Below, in pieces: positions 1 through 12,794 of a DNA stretch of 64,000 bases. Position 1 is the first letter of the stretch. Every line of letters starts with the position of its first letter. The position numbers were made by a program, and so were the translations under genes. The stretch comes from Octopus sinensis (lineage: Eukaryota): positions 173,228,001-173,292,000 of the forward strand of contig NC_042999.1 of NCBI RefSeq assembly GCF_006345805.1, in the 5' to 3' direction. The notes beneath the pieces were generated by a model. The model did not search any database. It saw only the letters and a list, made by a program, of their open reading frames with translations, and had not been told where the DNA came from.

Positions 1-963
1 TGCCTATATCTTTGCTGAGAAGTCTTACGTTTATATTAAGGAATCTATCTCTTATTCATTCTCACTAAAAAGGTTCAGATCATCCAGATACAGCAAATAA
101 TTACTTTTTCCATTACTATTTCTGAACTAATACACTGCCTTAGCTTTCCTTAATACTAAACAGAGGTTATCAAACATAAGAGGGGACAACGAATCCTCCT
201 GGAAAATTGCTCCTTTGATATTTACTTTCCATAAGAGTATGTCAGCTGAGCAGAGTTCTACTATCTATTTCTTCATGCTACAGCTAATTATTTCTCTTAT
301 GTTATCTGCTATACTGAATATACTCAAACATTCACTTATCCATGGTGTGAGATCATATCATATGCTTCATATAATCTATCGATCCTATTGTTAGATTTTT
401 CTTTCTAGCTTTTACTTTATTTAGAACTGCTTTGTCTATGTATGATAGACCATGCGTGTCTCTAAACTTCTTCCTGCAACATTTGTGTTCTGGCAGTAAA
501 TTCTGGTTGTCAGGGGCTCGAAAACTTTTTCTGAATGTATTCCTATTAACAGTTCTCTACACGAAAGCTAAGCAAGTGATTGGTCTATAGTTGCTAGAAG
601 AATTACACTTGATTTTATCTTGCATGAGTGTTGTCCTCTGTTTAGTCATACAATCTCGCAGTATTCCTTCATTAAAACATTCCTGAAGTTGTTCCCTCAT
701 CCTTCCAAGTAAACTACTGAAATCCTTTCGCCATTACCCTTGAACTAAATCTGATCCTGTGTCCTTCAAATTCAGCATTCCCCTAACACTTTACTCATTA
801 ATGCACAAGTTAATCTTAGATCTGGCTGCTTCTCACCCATTACTTCTTCCCTCACTTTCTTTAACGATAGTGCATCTCCATAATAATTGACTAGTATATG
901 CCAAATATTACTCCAGAAGTTCTTCTGCCTTAGGTCTCTCATCTTCAGTACTTCGTTCTCCAC
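1..963 (-). mobile_element. Decayed R4/Dong-clade non-LTR retrotransposon, reverse transcriptase region (runs off window start)
   Basis: Manual minus-strand translation gives NYRPITCL (~566-592), IDY..AYDMISH, GAIFQEDSLSP (~181-213) and YLLYLDDLNLF (YLDD at 79-90), with stops and frameshifts. ORF 772-963 is the segment upstream of the RT core. Confidence 0.88.
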
Positions 964-991
964 TATTCATTTGGTTATAAAATCTACTCTG

Positions 992-1735
992 TCTTTGGCT
1001 GCTATTTCTAAATTTTCGGTATGTGGTGAAGCAAATTTTGCTTAACCCTCAATTATATTTAATTATATATAAAAAAAACGTTTTGTAAAAGTTTCTACCG
1101 ATAATGGTTTTCATTCCATACCGAAACTACTTGGTAAAATTTATTAATTATTAAATTAATAATTCTTTACCCTATATATGTAATGATTTTTTCACTCCCG
1201 CATAACAAACTGCAGTTTTCTTTCTGTGGTACCATCTTGTGACGCACATGGAGGGAAATACGAATTCACTCGTCTATATAAATGTGGATGTGCTGACTAC
1301 CTTCTGTTATTTTCTAATGGCACTTGATAGGGATGCAAAGGGTAGGATCCTAGCATTTTCAGATTTATAAATTCTCGAAATATTATGCCGACGAAGGAAA
1401 TGAATTTGTGTAATTCTAATCCAGAAACGCGTCCAAAATTAATGAAAGACCGATTTCGTTATTTTTCCTTCTTTTTGCCTATGTGAGTTACTAATATTTT
1501 TATCTGTGGAGTCATATCTGTAATAAAAAGGAATGAGCTATCTTTGGCTGCTCTTTCTGAATATTCGATATGTGGTGAAGCAACTTGTTGCTTAGCCATT
1601 AATCATATTTAATCATATATAAAATAGAAATTTGTAAAAGTTTCTACCGATAATGGTTTTCTTTCTATACCGAAAGTACTTGGTAAAATTAATTAATTAT
1701 TAAATTAATAATTCTTTACCCTATATCTGTAATGT
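992..1735 (+). mobile_element. Older partial-tandem Penelope-LTR/retrozyme-like element: two ~190-bp direct repeats around a degenerate hammerhead
   Basis: 992-1184 and 1541-1735 are similar copies (tctttggctgct...ctttaccctatat). The segment resembles the 3' part of the 605-bp unit. An HHR-like motif lies at 1382-1439, and the right end abuts (TA)n. Confidence 0.6.
1382..1439 (+). ncRNA. Degenerate minimal type I hammerhead ribozyme
   Basis: attatg-CCGACGA(1388-1394)-a-GGA..GAATT/AATTC..TCC-a-GAAA(1424-1427)-CGC-GTC|caaaat. U4 is changed to C and stem I has one mismatch. Stem III is the palindrome ACGCGT. Confidence 0.5.
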
Positions 1736-1833
1736 ATATATATATGTGTAGATAGAAATATTATTATGTATGTAGATATATTACATATATATATATGTAT
1801 ATATTATATATATATTTATATGTATATATATAT

Positions 1834-1864
<31 letters not shown>

Positions 1865-2182
1865 GTACATGTTTATATATATATATATGTATATATCTAT
1901 TTATATATTATATATATAGGTATTTATATATTATATATATATATATATATTATATATATATATATATATACATATGTACATATATATATTATATATTATA
2001 TATATATGTATTTATATATTATATAAGTATTTATATTATATATATATATGTATTTATATATTATATATATATGTATTTATATGTATACATATATGTATTT
2101 ATATATTATATATACATGTATTTATGTATTATATATATATGCATATATTATGTATATATGTGTGTGTGTATCATTTATCATA

Positions 2183-2225
<43 letters not shown>
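1736..2225. repeat. Degenerate (TA)n microsatellite
   Basis: Directly visible; source of spurious YI-repeat ORFs. Confidence 0.95.
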
Positions 2226-2226
<1 letters not shown>

Positions 2227-2549
2227 ATATCAATAGGACTGCTATAGAAGTGCTCTATTGAAAGAGACAAAAATATCAAATTAAATTTACTGAACAAACA
2301 AATGCAAGGTCTGAATCGCTAAAGTATTAACTCTAAACTGTGATGAAAAACATTTTTTTTTCTCGCACCTTATTATTATTATTATTTTATGCTTGTATGC
2401 TTGTACAGATGAATTATGTTCCATCTTGTGGGATGTTTATTTGTATATTCTATGATTAAATGTTCGAATTATGAAATGCTATGCGGATGACCTTGCATTT
2501 GTTTGTTCAATAACTTTAGTTGGATATATATATATATATATGCTATTGA

Positions 2550-2860
2550 TGGCATTCCGTCGGTTACGATGACGAGTGTTCCAGTTGATCCGATCAACGG
2601 AACAGCCTGCTGGTGAAATTAATGTGTAAGTGGCTGAGCACTCCATAGACTCCTGTACCCGTAACGTAGTTCTCGGGGAGATTCAACGTGACACAGAGTG
2701 TGCCAAGGCTGGCCCTTTGAAATACAGGTACGACAAAAACAGAAAAAAAGAGTGGTGAAAGAGTACAGCAGGGTGGACCCCCTGCTAGTCTGAGAATCGA
2801 AACCGCAATCCTAAGACCGCGAATCAGCTGCCCTAACCAGTGGGTTATTGCGTCTCCACA
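2550..2860 (-). mobile_element. tRNA-derived SINE
   Basis: Minus strand begins tgtggagacgcaataacccactggttagggcagctgattcgcggtcttaggattgcggtttcgattc (A/B-box-like head), followed by a body I recognise as a common octopus SINE. Confidence 0.8.
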
Positions 2861-2883
2861 TATTATTATTATTATTATTATTA

Positions 2884-2971
<88 letters not shown>

Positions 2972-2985
2972 GATTATTATTATAT
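2861..2985. repeat. (ATT)n microsatellite
   Basis: Directly visible; gives the poly-I ORF. Confidence 0.95.
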
Positions 2986-3004
2986 ACATCTATATATATA
3001 TACG

Positions 3005-3047
<43 letters not shown>

Positions 3048-3651
3048 AGTGTGTGTATATTTATATATATATATGTGAGTGTGTGTGTATATATATATAA
3101 TTGTGTATATATTTAAATCTATTTAATGATTACCATTCTATTCTACACACGTACGTCCATACTGTAGAGATATTCTGGGATGAGACACTTTTCATAATAG
3201 TAATAGAAATTCTTTGATTGATTTCAATCGAATTTAACTGCAGAGATTTGTGCAAAGGCAATAAATAGAAATGGTTTTATTACTTATTGTTAACGCGTCT
3301 AGTAATGAAACGAATAAAACCATGTGAATTCGTGTATTGCAAACACACGTAAAACGTTCAATTGGTTAATCAAATATAGGAATGTTTGTTCTTGTGTCAG
3401 TCTTTCAAGCAATGCTCAATATTTTTACATGTGTATGAAAGCACACGCGTGAAGACTAGGAAACATTTGTTTAAACGCACTGCACACATACACACACACG
3501 CGCACACGCACCACACACATAGACTTTCTTTATGAGTATCAAGACAAGACATATATCTGTCATGTCTTCTCTTTCTCCCCCCTCTCTCTCTATACCACTC
3601 ACACACACAAAGACACATATATTTATATGTATGTTTGTATGTATGTATATA

Positions 3652-3706
<55 letters not shown>

Positions 3707-3708
<2 letters not shown>

Positions 3709-3963
3709 CTAAGCAATAAGGGTTTAGCAACGAGTTGCCTTACCACATACCGAATTTAGAAATAGCAGTCAAAGGGTTATAGCTATTTCTTCTACAAAAA
3801 AGGGAGATCTCAGTAAAAACAGCATTTGGAAGGCAGACACAACAGGTAAGAGAGAATGAATGACTGCAATCTATCATACATTTTTTTAGTTATCCACGGA
3901 CGTACGTTTCGAAATCAAGTTCTAAGGAAAGCATAAGAATTAGATATTAAATATTAAATAATA
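3707..3963 (-). repeat. Inverted partial copy of the 605-bp unit (3' half of the HHR only)
   Basis: Near-exact reverse complement of ~4062-4319. It stops in the stem II apex and lacks CTGAAGA. Confidence 0.95.
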
Positions 3964-4018
3964 TTGGTGCCTTCTGGTATCTCAAAATTCAATATATAAT
4001 CATTTATGATTATAGTAT

Positions 4019-4132
4019 TCTACGCTGAAGAGAAAAGAAGTTTCGGTAAGATAGAATTATTTATTATTTAATATTTAATATCTAATTCTTATGCTTTCCT
4101 TAGAACTTGATTTCGAAACGTACGTCCGTGGA
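4019..4132 (+). ncRNA. Type I hammerhead ribozyme with extended stem II, copy 1 (predicted cut after C4126)
   Basis: TCTACG-CTGAAGA-GAAA[AG]AAGTTT...GAACTT[GA]TTTC-GAAA-CGTACG-TC|CGTGGA. Stem I is 6 bp, stem II opens with G-C, stem III is the palindrome ACGTACGT, and the triplet is GUC. Confidence 0.8.
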
Positions 4133-4622
4133 TAACTAAAAAAATGTATGATAGATTGCAGTCAATTCATTCTCTCTTACCTGTTTGTGTCTGCCTTCCA
4201 AATGCTGTTTTTACTGAGATCTCCTTTTTTGTAGAAGAAATAGCTATAACCCTTTGACTGCTATTTCTAAATTCGGTATGTGGTAAGGCAACTCGTTGCT
4301 AACCCTTATTGCTTAGTATTACTTAAATTTTCCTCGAATGAGGCTTTTACATGCCGAAGACTACTTGGTGTAATTGATAATTTTTCCAAATTAATTAATT
4401 TCACCCTTCATTATTACGGATAACCATATTTTATCTCAGTAGATGACCACAGCATCTTGTTTTGGCTACACGCGGGTGGGAAGGGGCTGTTGACACAATC
4501 GTTCATTCACAAATTGAATTCGGTGATACCAGTTGCGGATTCTAGCTCGCTCTGATACTGAGTGGAGTTGGTGCCTTCTGGTATCTCAAAATTCAATATA
4601 TAATCATTTATGATTATAGTAT

Positions 4623-4736
4623 TCTACGCTGAAGAGAAAAGAAGTTTCGGTAAGATAGAATTATTTATTATTTAATATTTAATATCTAATTCTTATGCTT
4701 TCCTTAGAACTTGATTTCGAAACGTACGTCCGTGGA
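4623..4736 (+). ncRNA. Type I hammerhead, copy 2 (cut after C4730)
   Basis: Identical motif to 4019-4132. Confidence 0.8.
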
Positions 4737-5227
4737 TAACTAAAAAAATGTATGATAGATTGCAGTCAATTCATTCTCTCTTACCTGTTTGTGTCTGCCT
4801 TCCAAATGCTGTTTTTACTGAGATCTCCCTTTTTTGTAGAAGAAATAGCTATAACCCTTTGACTGCTATTTCTAAATTCGGTATGTGGTAAGGCAACTCG
4901 TTGCTAAACCCTTATTGCTTAGTATTACTTAAATTTTCCTCGAATGAGGCTTTTACATGCCGAAGACTACTTGTGTAATTGATAATTTTTCCAAATTAAT
5001 TAATTTCACCCTTCATTATTACGGATAACCATATTTTATCTCAGTAGATGACCACAGCATCTTGTTTTGGCTACACGCGGGTGGGAAGGGGCTGTTGACA
5101 CAATCGTTCATTCACAAATTGAATTCGGTGATACCAGTTGCGGATTCTAGCTCGCTCTGATACTGAGTGGAGTTGGTGCCTTCTGGTATCTCAAAATTCA
5201 ATATATAATCATTTATGATTATAGTAT

Positions 5228-5341
5228 TCTACGCTGAAGAGAAAAGAAGTTTCGGTAAGATAGAATTATTTATTATTTAATATTTAATATCTAATTCTTA
5301 TGCTTTCCTTAGAACTTGATTTCGAAACGTACGTCCGTGGA
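5228..5341 (+). ncRNA. Type I hammerhead, copy 3 (cut after C5335)
   Basis: Identical motif. Confidence 0.8.
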
Positions 5342-5833
5342 TAACTAAAAAAATGTATGATAGATTGCAGTCAATTCATTCTCTCTTACCTGTTTGTGTC
5401 TGCCTTCCAAATGCTGTTTTTACTGAGATCTCCCTTTTTGTAGAAGAAATAGCTATAACCCTTTGACTGCTATTTCTAAATTCGGTATGTGGTAAGGCAA
5501 CTCGTTGCTAAACCCTTATTGCTTAGTATTACTTAAATTTTCCTCGAATGAGGCTTTTACATGCCGAAGACTACTTGGTGTAATTGATAATTTTTCCAAA
5601 TTAATTAATTTCACCCTTCATTATTACGGATAACCATATTTTATCTCAGTAGATGACCACAGCATCTTGTTTTGGCTACACGCGGGTGGGAAGGGGCTGT
5701 TGACACAATCGTTTCATTCACAAATTGAATTCGGTGATACCAGTTGCGGATTCTAGCTCGCTCTGATACTGAGTGGAGTTGGTGCCTTCTGGTATCTCAA
5801 AATTCAATATATAATCATTTATGATTATAGTAT

Positions 5834-5947
5834 TCTACGCTGAAGAGAAAAGAAGTTTCGGTAAGATAGAATTATTTATTATTTAATATTTAATATCTAA
5901 TTCTTATGCTTTCCTTAGAACTTGATTTCGAAACGTACGTCCGTGGA
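5834..5947 (+). ncRNA. Type I hammerhead, copy 4 (cut after C5941)
   Basis: Identical motif. Confidence 0.8.
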
Positions 5948-6440
5948 TAACTAAAAAAATGTATGATAGATTGCAGTCAATTCATTCTCTCTTACCTGTT
6001 TGTGTCTGCCTTCCAAATGCTGTTTTTACTGAGATCTCCCTTTTTTGTAGAAGAAATAGCTATAACCCTTTGACTGCTATTTCTAAATTCGGTATGTGGT
6101 AAGGCAACTCGTTGCTAAACCCTTATTGCTTAGTATTACTTAAATTTTCCTCGAATGAGGCTTTTACATGCCGAAGACTACTTGGTGTAATTGATAATTT
6201 TTCCAAATTAATTAATTTCACCCTTCATTATTACGGATAACCATATTTTATCTCAGTAGATGACCACAGCATCTTGTTTTGGCTACACGCGGGTGGGAAG
6301 GGGCTGTTGACACAATCGTTTCATTCACAAATTGAATTCGGTGATACCAGTTGCGGATTCTAGCTCGCTCTGATACTGAGTGGAGTTGGTGCCTTCTGGT
6401 ATCTCAAAATTCAATATATAATCATTTATGATTATAGTAT

Positions 6441-6554
6441 TCTACGCTGAAGAGAAAAGAAGTTTCGGTAAGATAGAATTATTTATTATTTAATATTTAA
6501 TATCTAATTCTTATGCTTTCCTTAGAACTTGATTTCGAAACGTACGTCCGTGGA
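6441..6554 (+). ncRNA. Type I hammerhead, copy 5 (cut after C6548)
   Basis: Identical motif. Confidence 0.8.
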
Positions 6555-6865
6555 TAACTAAAAAAATGTATGATAGATTGCAGTCAATTCATTCTCTCTT
6601 ACCTGTTTGTGTCTGCCTTCCAAATGCTGTTTTTACTGAGATCTCCCTTTTTTGTAGAAGAAATAGCTATAACCCTTTGACTGCTATTTCTAAATTCGGT
6701 ATGTGGTAAGGCAACTCGTTGCTAACCCTTATTGCTTAGTATTACTTAAATTTTCCTCGAATGAGGCTTTTACATGCCGAAGACTACTTGGTGTAATGAT
6801 AATTTTTCCAAATTAATTAATTTCACCCTTCATTATTATGTATATATATATATATATATATAGAC

Positions 6866-6936
<71 letters not shown>

Positions 6937-7576
6937 GACATCACATGTACATAAAGAGGCTGCCACCACTGAAAACTAATCTCAACATATTAATCATTGC
7001 TGTAAATAATATCCTATCGGCTGTAACCCCTTAAAGTACAGACAAAGAGATTTCAACATCGCGAACATTAATGCAAACGTTAAGCTCCGAAATATTCCTT
7101 AACGATGTATAATCTCGCAAATAAATATAAATTTAGTATTTAACTATTACATAAATTTTGATCTTATCTTTACCCCGTTTTTCGATATATGCTTATCAAC
7201 AAGACACATCTTGTCCCACATTTGAGTTTACATAAAACATACTAACGAAAGCACAGATATGCACGTTCATACTAAACATCATTAGTTAAATCATTTTTTC
7301 GACGATCTTCACATAATGACGCCTTAATAATAAAATCTTAAACGATAAACAGACGTTACTTCATAACGTTTACTGTAATAGTAAACTAGGCCAAATAACA
7401 ATATTAGGGCAAATAAATACAAACATAGCTCTCATGCGACACATAATGTTTTCTAAAATGGATGAATACTGCGATAAAATCCCAATGAATGAGAACACAT
7501 GCTATACCACTTCTAACCACAAATACATAGAATATATTATAACAACAGAACAAAAAACAGCACTTTACTAACATAC

Positions 7577-7728
7577 AGCTTTGGTATGCAGTAAGAAGTT
7601 TGCTTCCCAATCACGTGGTTCCCAGTCCAGTCCCACTGCATGATGACTTCTATAAGTATCTTTTACCGTGGCCTTGGGCCAACCAATGCCTTTTGGGTGG
7701 ATTCGGCAGAAGAAAACTGAAAGAGGAC
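7577..7728 (+). mobile_element. tRNA-derived (CORE/OR-like) SINE head, diverged
   Basis: gtaagaagtttgcttcccaatcacgtggtt...gggccaaccaatgcctt...aaactgaaaga, similar to the copies at 16748, 24240 and 58972. Confidence 0.75.
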
Positions 7729-7951
7729 TATAATATATAGTCCTTAAATCTCGCGGTGTAGGAAGTTTAAATTTTTTCTTTGTATAGAGTCCGACGAGCT
7801 GTCCACAAGGCTTTGGCTTTGTGGATACGAAACCCTTGGTAGCTCTATGTCCAAAATTTAAATTTTTTGTTGTAATAATTACTGTTCTATTTTTTAGAGC
7901 GTGTTTCTTTTCTAGTATATGTTTTATTGACTATATATATAACAAATACAC

Positions 7952-8196
7952 CCTTTTAAAGCCTAACCAAGATTATGCGCTCGGTTTCCCGGTTTCTATG
8001 GCATATGTGTCCCCCAGGTGGACGGGACGCCAGTCCATCGCAGCGTTACTCATTTTTGCAAGCTGAGTGGGAGTGGAGCAACGTAACATGAAGTGTTTTG
8101 CTCAAGAACACAACGCGTCGCCCGGTCCAGGAACCGAAACCACAATCTTACCATCATGGTGCTGACACCCTAACCACTAAGCCACGCGCCTCCACT
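7952..8196 (-). mobile_element. tRNA-derived SINE
   Basis: Minus strand gtggaggcgcgtggcttagtggttagggtg...ggtttcggttcctggaccggg...gttcttgagcaaaacacttc...gcgatggactggcgtcccgtcc. Confidence 0.8.
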
Positions 8197-8199
<3 letters not shown>

Positions 8200-8259
<60 letters not shown>

Positions 8260-8260
8260 C

Positions 8261-8324
<64 letters not shown>

Positions 8325-8344
8325 ACATATATATATAGATACAC

Positions 8345-8391
<47 letters not shown>

Positions 8392-8394
8392 CAC

Positions 8395-8425
<31 letters not shown>

Positions 8426-8870
8426 CATATATATATACATATTATATATATATACATATATATATATAATATATACACTATATATACATATATATATATA
8501 TATACTATACATATATATATATATTATATACATATATATACATATATATATATATAATATACATATATATATAATATATATATATATACACATATATATA
8601 TACATATATATATACAGATATATATATATATATACACATATATATATACATATATAATATATACATATATATATATATACAATATATATATACATATATA
8701 TATATATACATTATATATATACATACATTTATATATATATACATATATATATACATATATATATACATATATATATTACATATATATATATACATATATA
8801 TAATATAATACATATATATATACATATATATATATATACATATATAATATATATATATATATATATACAG
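8200..8870. repeat. Degenerate (TA)n/(CATA)n microsatellite
   Basis: Directly visible. Confidence 0.95.
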
Positions 8871-8909
8871 ACACACAAACACACATATATATGTATGTAT
8901 ATCTATATG

Positions 8910-9092
8910 TGTGTATTTGTGTCTTTGTTTGTCGCCTCCCCCACCACCACCACCACTTGACAACTGGTGTCGGTATGTTTACCTTACCGTAATTTAGCTG
9001 TCAATTCATTCGACTAACATTCCTTCAAGGTGGTTCGCTAGCATGGCGCAGTCTAATGACTGAAACGAGCAAAATATAAAAGATAAAAAGAT
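8910..9092 (+). mobile_element. SINE 3' body/tail fragment
   Basis: ttgacaactggtgtcggtatgtttac...gcagtctaatgactgaaacgagcaaaatataaaagataaaa; part resembles the segment after the microsatellite in the 58972 copy. Confidence 0.6.
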
Positions 9093-9618
9093 GAAAATAT
9101 ATACATACATATCTACACTAATTTTATCTATCTAACCGCCTATATATCCATCTATCTATCTAACTCTCTATCAACGTGTATGCGTGTTTGTGCGCCCACG
9201 CATGACTATCTATGTTCTGCAGTCTTTGGATGTACATGTGTATGAGAGTATTTGCAATCAGTAAAGAAGGCGGCTAAACACTTGGCGAGCAAGAATTATG
9301 ATTTATAAGAATCTCATATATTTCCTCTCATTTCAGGTCGCAGGTGTGATTTATATCCGATTACAATTGAAAACGATTCCCTACTTCTGAGAATTTCATG
9401 ATGCGCTTTTGAATGAAGCCTAAACTGTGCTCTTATTTCAAATACAAACCTAAAGGGACATATACGAACCTGCATATAGACGCGCACGTGCACACATACA
9501 CACGCACACAAACACACAAACTCACAAACACACACACATATATATGCATACACGCATATATACGCACTCCTATATATATATTTCAATACACATACGTATA
9601 TACATACAGACATACATA

Positions 9619-9654
<36 letters not shown>

Positions 9655-9676
9655 TGTATGTATGTATGTATGTATG

Positions 9677-9719
<43 letters not shown>

Positions 9720-9969
9720 TATATAAAACTGAAATTTTTACAAATATATTTACCAAAATTACATTAAAATATCTTGAAATACTAAACAGTAAATTTATTC
9801 AAGACAAAATCGCCATTGGCTTCAACCACGACCTCCAGATGACATGGGAATCTCCTGCAACTCTTCTGGACGGTCTCCTTTATATATATATTCCTTATTA
9901 TTTCCTTATTCCTTATCATATGAGGTTAGGTAAACTTTTAGTTTTTAGTTTTTAGATTGTTTTAGGAAC

Positions 9970-10090
9970 TTGACCTGAGGAGTGACTTCTTTTCGGAGTA
10001 AAATCATTTTTCCGTTCTAATGAACTTGGATATGGTTTCTTTATATGATTTTATATAGTCCTATTTCAGCCATGAAACGCGCGTAGTCGA
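9970..10090 (+). ncRNA. Type I hammerhead-like motif with long stem II (cut after A10085)
   Basis: TTGAC-CTGAGGA(9975-9981)-GTG(A)CT...AG(C)CAT-GAAA(10074-10077)-CGCGCG-TA|GTCGA. Stem I is 5 bp, stem III is the palindrome ACGCGCGT, and the triplet is GUA. Confidence 0.6.
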
Positions 10091-10459
10091 TGTATAAGTA
10101 CTTATTTTTATACATTATATTATTGTTTTAATTTTTATCGTTCAATTAATATTTTATTTGATTTTAGATAAGATTTTATGTGGAATGTTTCTTTGTATGG
10201 TATTCGCTGTGATTTTAAAGGTATTTGCTCTTATATATTATATGAATGTAATAATCTTACTGTTCAATATTATATATTATTAAAATTTTAGATTAGTATT
10301 GTGTATGGTATATATCTCACAGAATGGTTTTGGGCAGGCTCTTCATTGACTGAGTTGTGGAATGGTGGTTCGTCTCTAAATTAGTTATATACATATATAT
10401 TATATAATTCGAAATTCGGTCTAATATCATTATACTGAATTTTACCTGTAAGGTTGGAA

Positions 10460-10885
<426 letters not shown>

Positions 10886-12015
10886 TATGCATACATGTAG
10901 AGTCAACAAATGAGATTCAGAGATGCACAATATAGAAAGCAATTATTAGTTCTCAAATTATTTGAACTTAGGCTACGAAGATGTTATGCATCGATATCTT
11001 AAGCTTCAAAAAATCGTTGCTCCAACTTTATGCTATCTAGTATCAGTAATATCTGATTACTATCGTTTTACAGGTAGCTACTATAGATTTTATTTCTTCT
11101 GAATATATTTATTTAGAACCTACTTATACTTTCCGAAAAGAAAAAAAGGCGCAACTGGAAATATGCTAATGGCATTGAGAGAAAATGTGTAGAACAGTTT
11201 TGGTTTTTTGAAATCAAATTGCTATTCTACGTTTATGTAAGAAAGAAATGAACTTTCAGATATTGAATATGAACAGACTTATTGAGATTTAAACAGAATT
11301 TAACGCAACTAATAAGTATTTCTGACAAGGTACTGTGTATTTCTAGGCGTTATGATTACTAAGCGCAATAGATTATGTAACAATCATCGTGCTCGACTTA
11401 GCGTATTCATAACTAACCACGCGACATAAATATTTCAATTGAAACTCCTGCCTAGTGTGCATCGAGGCGCTCATTACTGCTTCAAAGTGTTTACTTGTAG
11501 ATCTGATGCACGACTTAATTTGTACCAAGAACGAATAATTCAATCTGTTGCTTCAAAGTAAAGCAGCTTATTAAACAAGTTGTTGGACATTTGATTCAAA
11601 AGTATCTTTATATGTTGATTACTATAGCCGTTAGTAACAAATATTCTTTTGAAATATCAAATTGAAATTCTTCAGTGAGCAACTCGCGAATTAGTGCAAT
11701 TTAATATTTTGGTATTTGACTAAATTAGTCCTTATCTGTTCACGTAAAACTTTAAATTCATATGGATGCACGTCTCACGATGGATACACATGTGTTTTCC
11801 ACTTCTGTATTAAATATAATGCTAGCAAAGGATAGATATGGAAAAAAAATCAGTACTGTACACAGTGTCTGTGTGAGTGTGTGTGTGTAAGTGGTGCGTG
11901 TGTGTAAGTGGTGCGTGTGTGTTAAAACTTCTATTTAATAATTCAGGATATGAAAATGTACATGCATTTTTGCTGGTAACAAAGGTCATTGTCGTGAGTC
12001 GTAAGCAGAAAGCAT

Positions 12016-12288
12016 ACCTCGGCGGAATTTGAACTCAAAACGAAGCAGCAGACAAAATACCTATTTCTTTACTACCCACAAGGGGCTAAACACAGAGAGA
12101 CAAACAAGGACAGACAAATGGATTAAGTCGATTATATCGACCCCCGTGCGTAACTGGTCCTTAATTTATCGACCCCGAAAGGATGAAAGGCAAAGTTGAC
12201 CTCGACGGAATTTGAACTCAGAACGTAATACCAGACGAAATGCGGCTACGCATTTCGCCCAGCGTGCTAACGACTCTGCCAGCTCCCC
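12016..12288 (-). mobile_element. tRNA-derived SINE with internal partial duplication
   Basis: Minus strand gagctggcagagtcgttagcacgctgggcgaaatgc...gagttcaaattccgtcgaggtcaactttgcctttcatcctttcggggtcgat; same family as 62437-62649. Confidence 0.85.
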
Positions 12289-12741
12289 GACTTTTTGAGC
12301 GCATACCTGACGACTTCCCAAGGTTACCAATGATCTTGCCGGGCGTTCTTTGTACGGTGACAGAGGTACAAATTATAGACGGAATACACGGAAACCGAGA
12401 GAATATTGTATTGATTAATGCTCACAATTATTTAGTATTCTGCCTATCCACAACCTTGAACTGACACAACATCGATCGACCACGAAAGGGCAAAAGAGAA
12501 GTTGATTTTGACAGAATTTTAGTGCAGAATGAGAATAAGTTGCATAACGCATACCAACTCTCTCTCCTTTTCTCTTTCTCTCTCTCTATCTCTCTCCCAC
12601 ACATACACACACATCATGCATTCTTACATACACGTATTCACATATGTACATGTTTTGATGTGATATGTGATATACAAACCTAAAGAGTTATATATATATA
12701 TATATATATATATACATACATACATACATACATGCATGCAT

Positions 12742-12794
<53 letters not shown>

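Larger units (their letters stand above)
3964..6838 (+). mobile_element. Tandem array, ~4.75 x 604-607 bp, one hammerhead per unit (retrozyme / Penelope pLTR-like)
   Basis: Unit start ttggtgccttctgg at 3964, 4568, 5173, 5779 and 6386. The unit differences I found are single-base indels. (TA)n flanks both sides. Confidence 0.9.

Noticed and set aside
2790-2860. tRNA genes at SINE heads (also 8110-8196, 12200-12288, 24240-24300)
   Set aside because: A/B-box-like heads are fused to SINE bodies and do not form a complete cloverleaf.
3964-6838. CRISPR array or satellite-only interpretation
   Set aside because: No repeat-spacer alternation and no cas genes, and the DNA is eukaryotic. A plain satellite would not explain an intact HHR in each unit. 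Copy number could still be mis-assembled, since units differ by single-base indels typical of long-read error.
12311-12425. CTGACGA...GAAA hammerhead-like boxes
   Set aside because: No stem II or stem III pairing; C15.2 has no partner.
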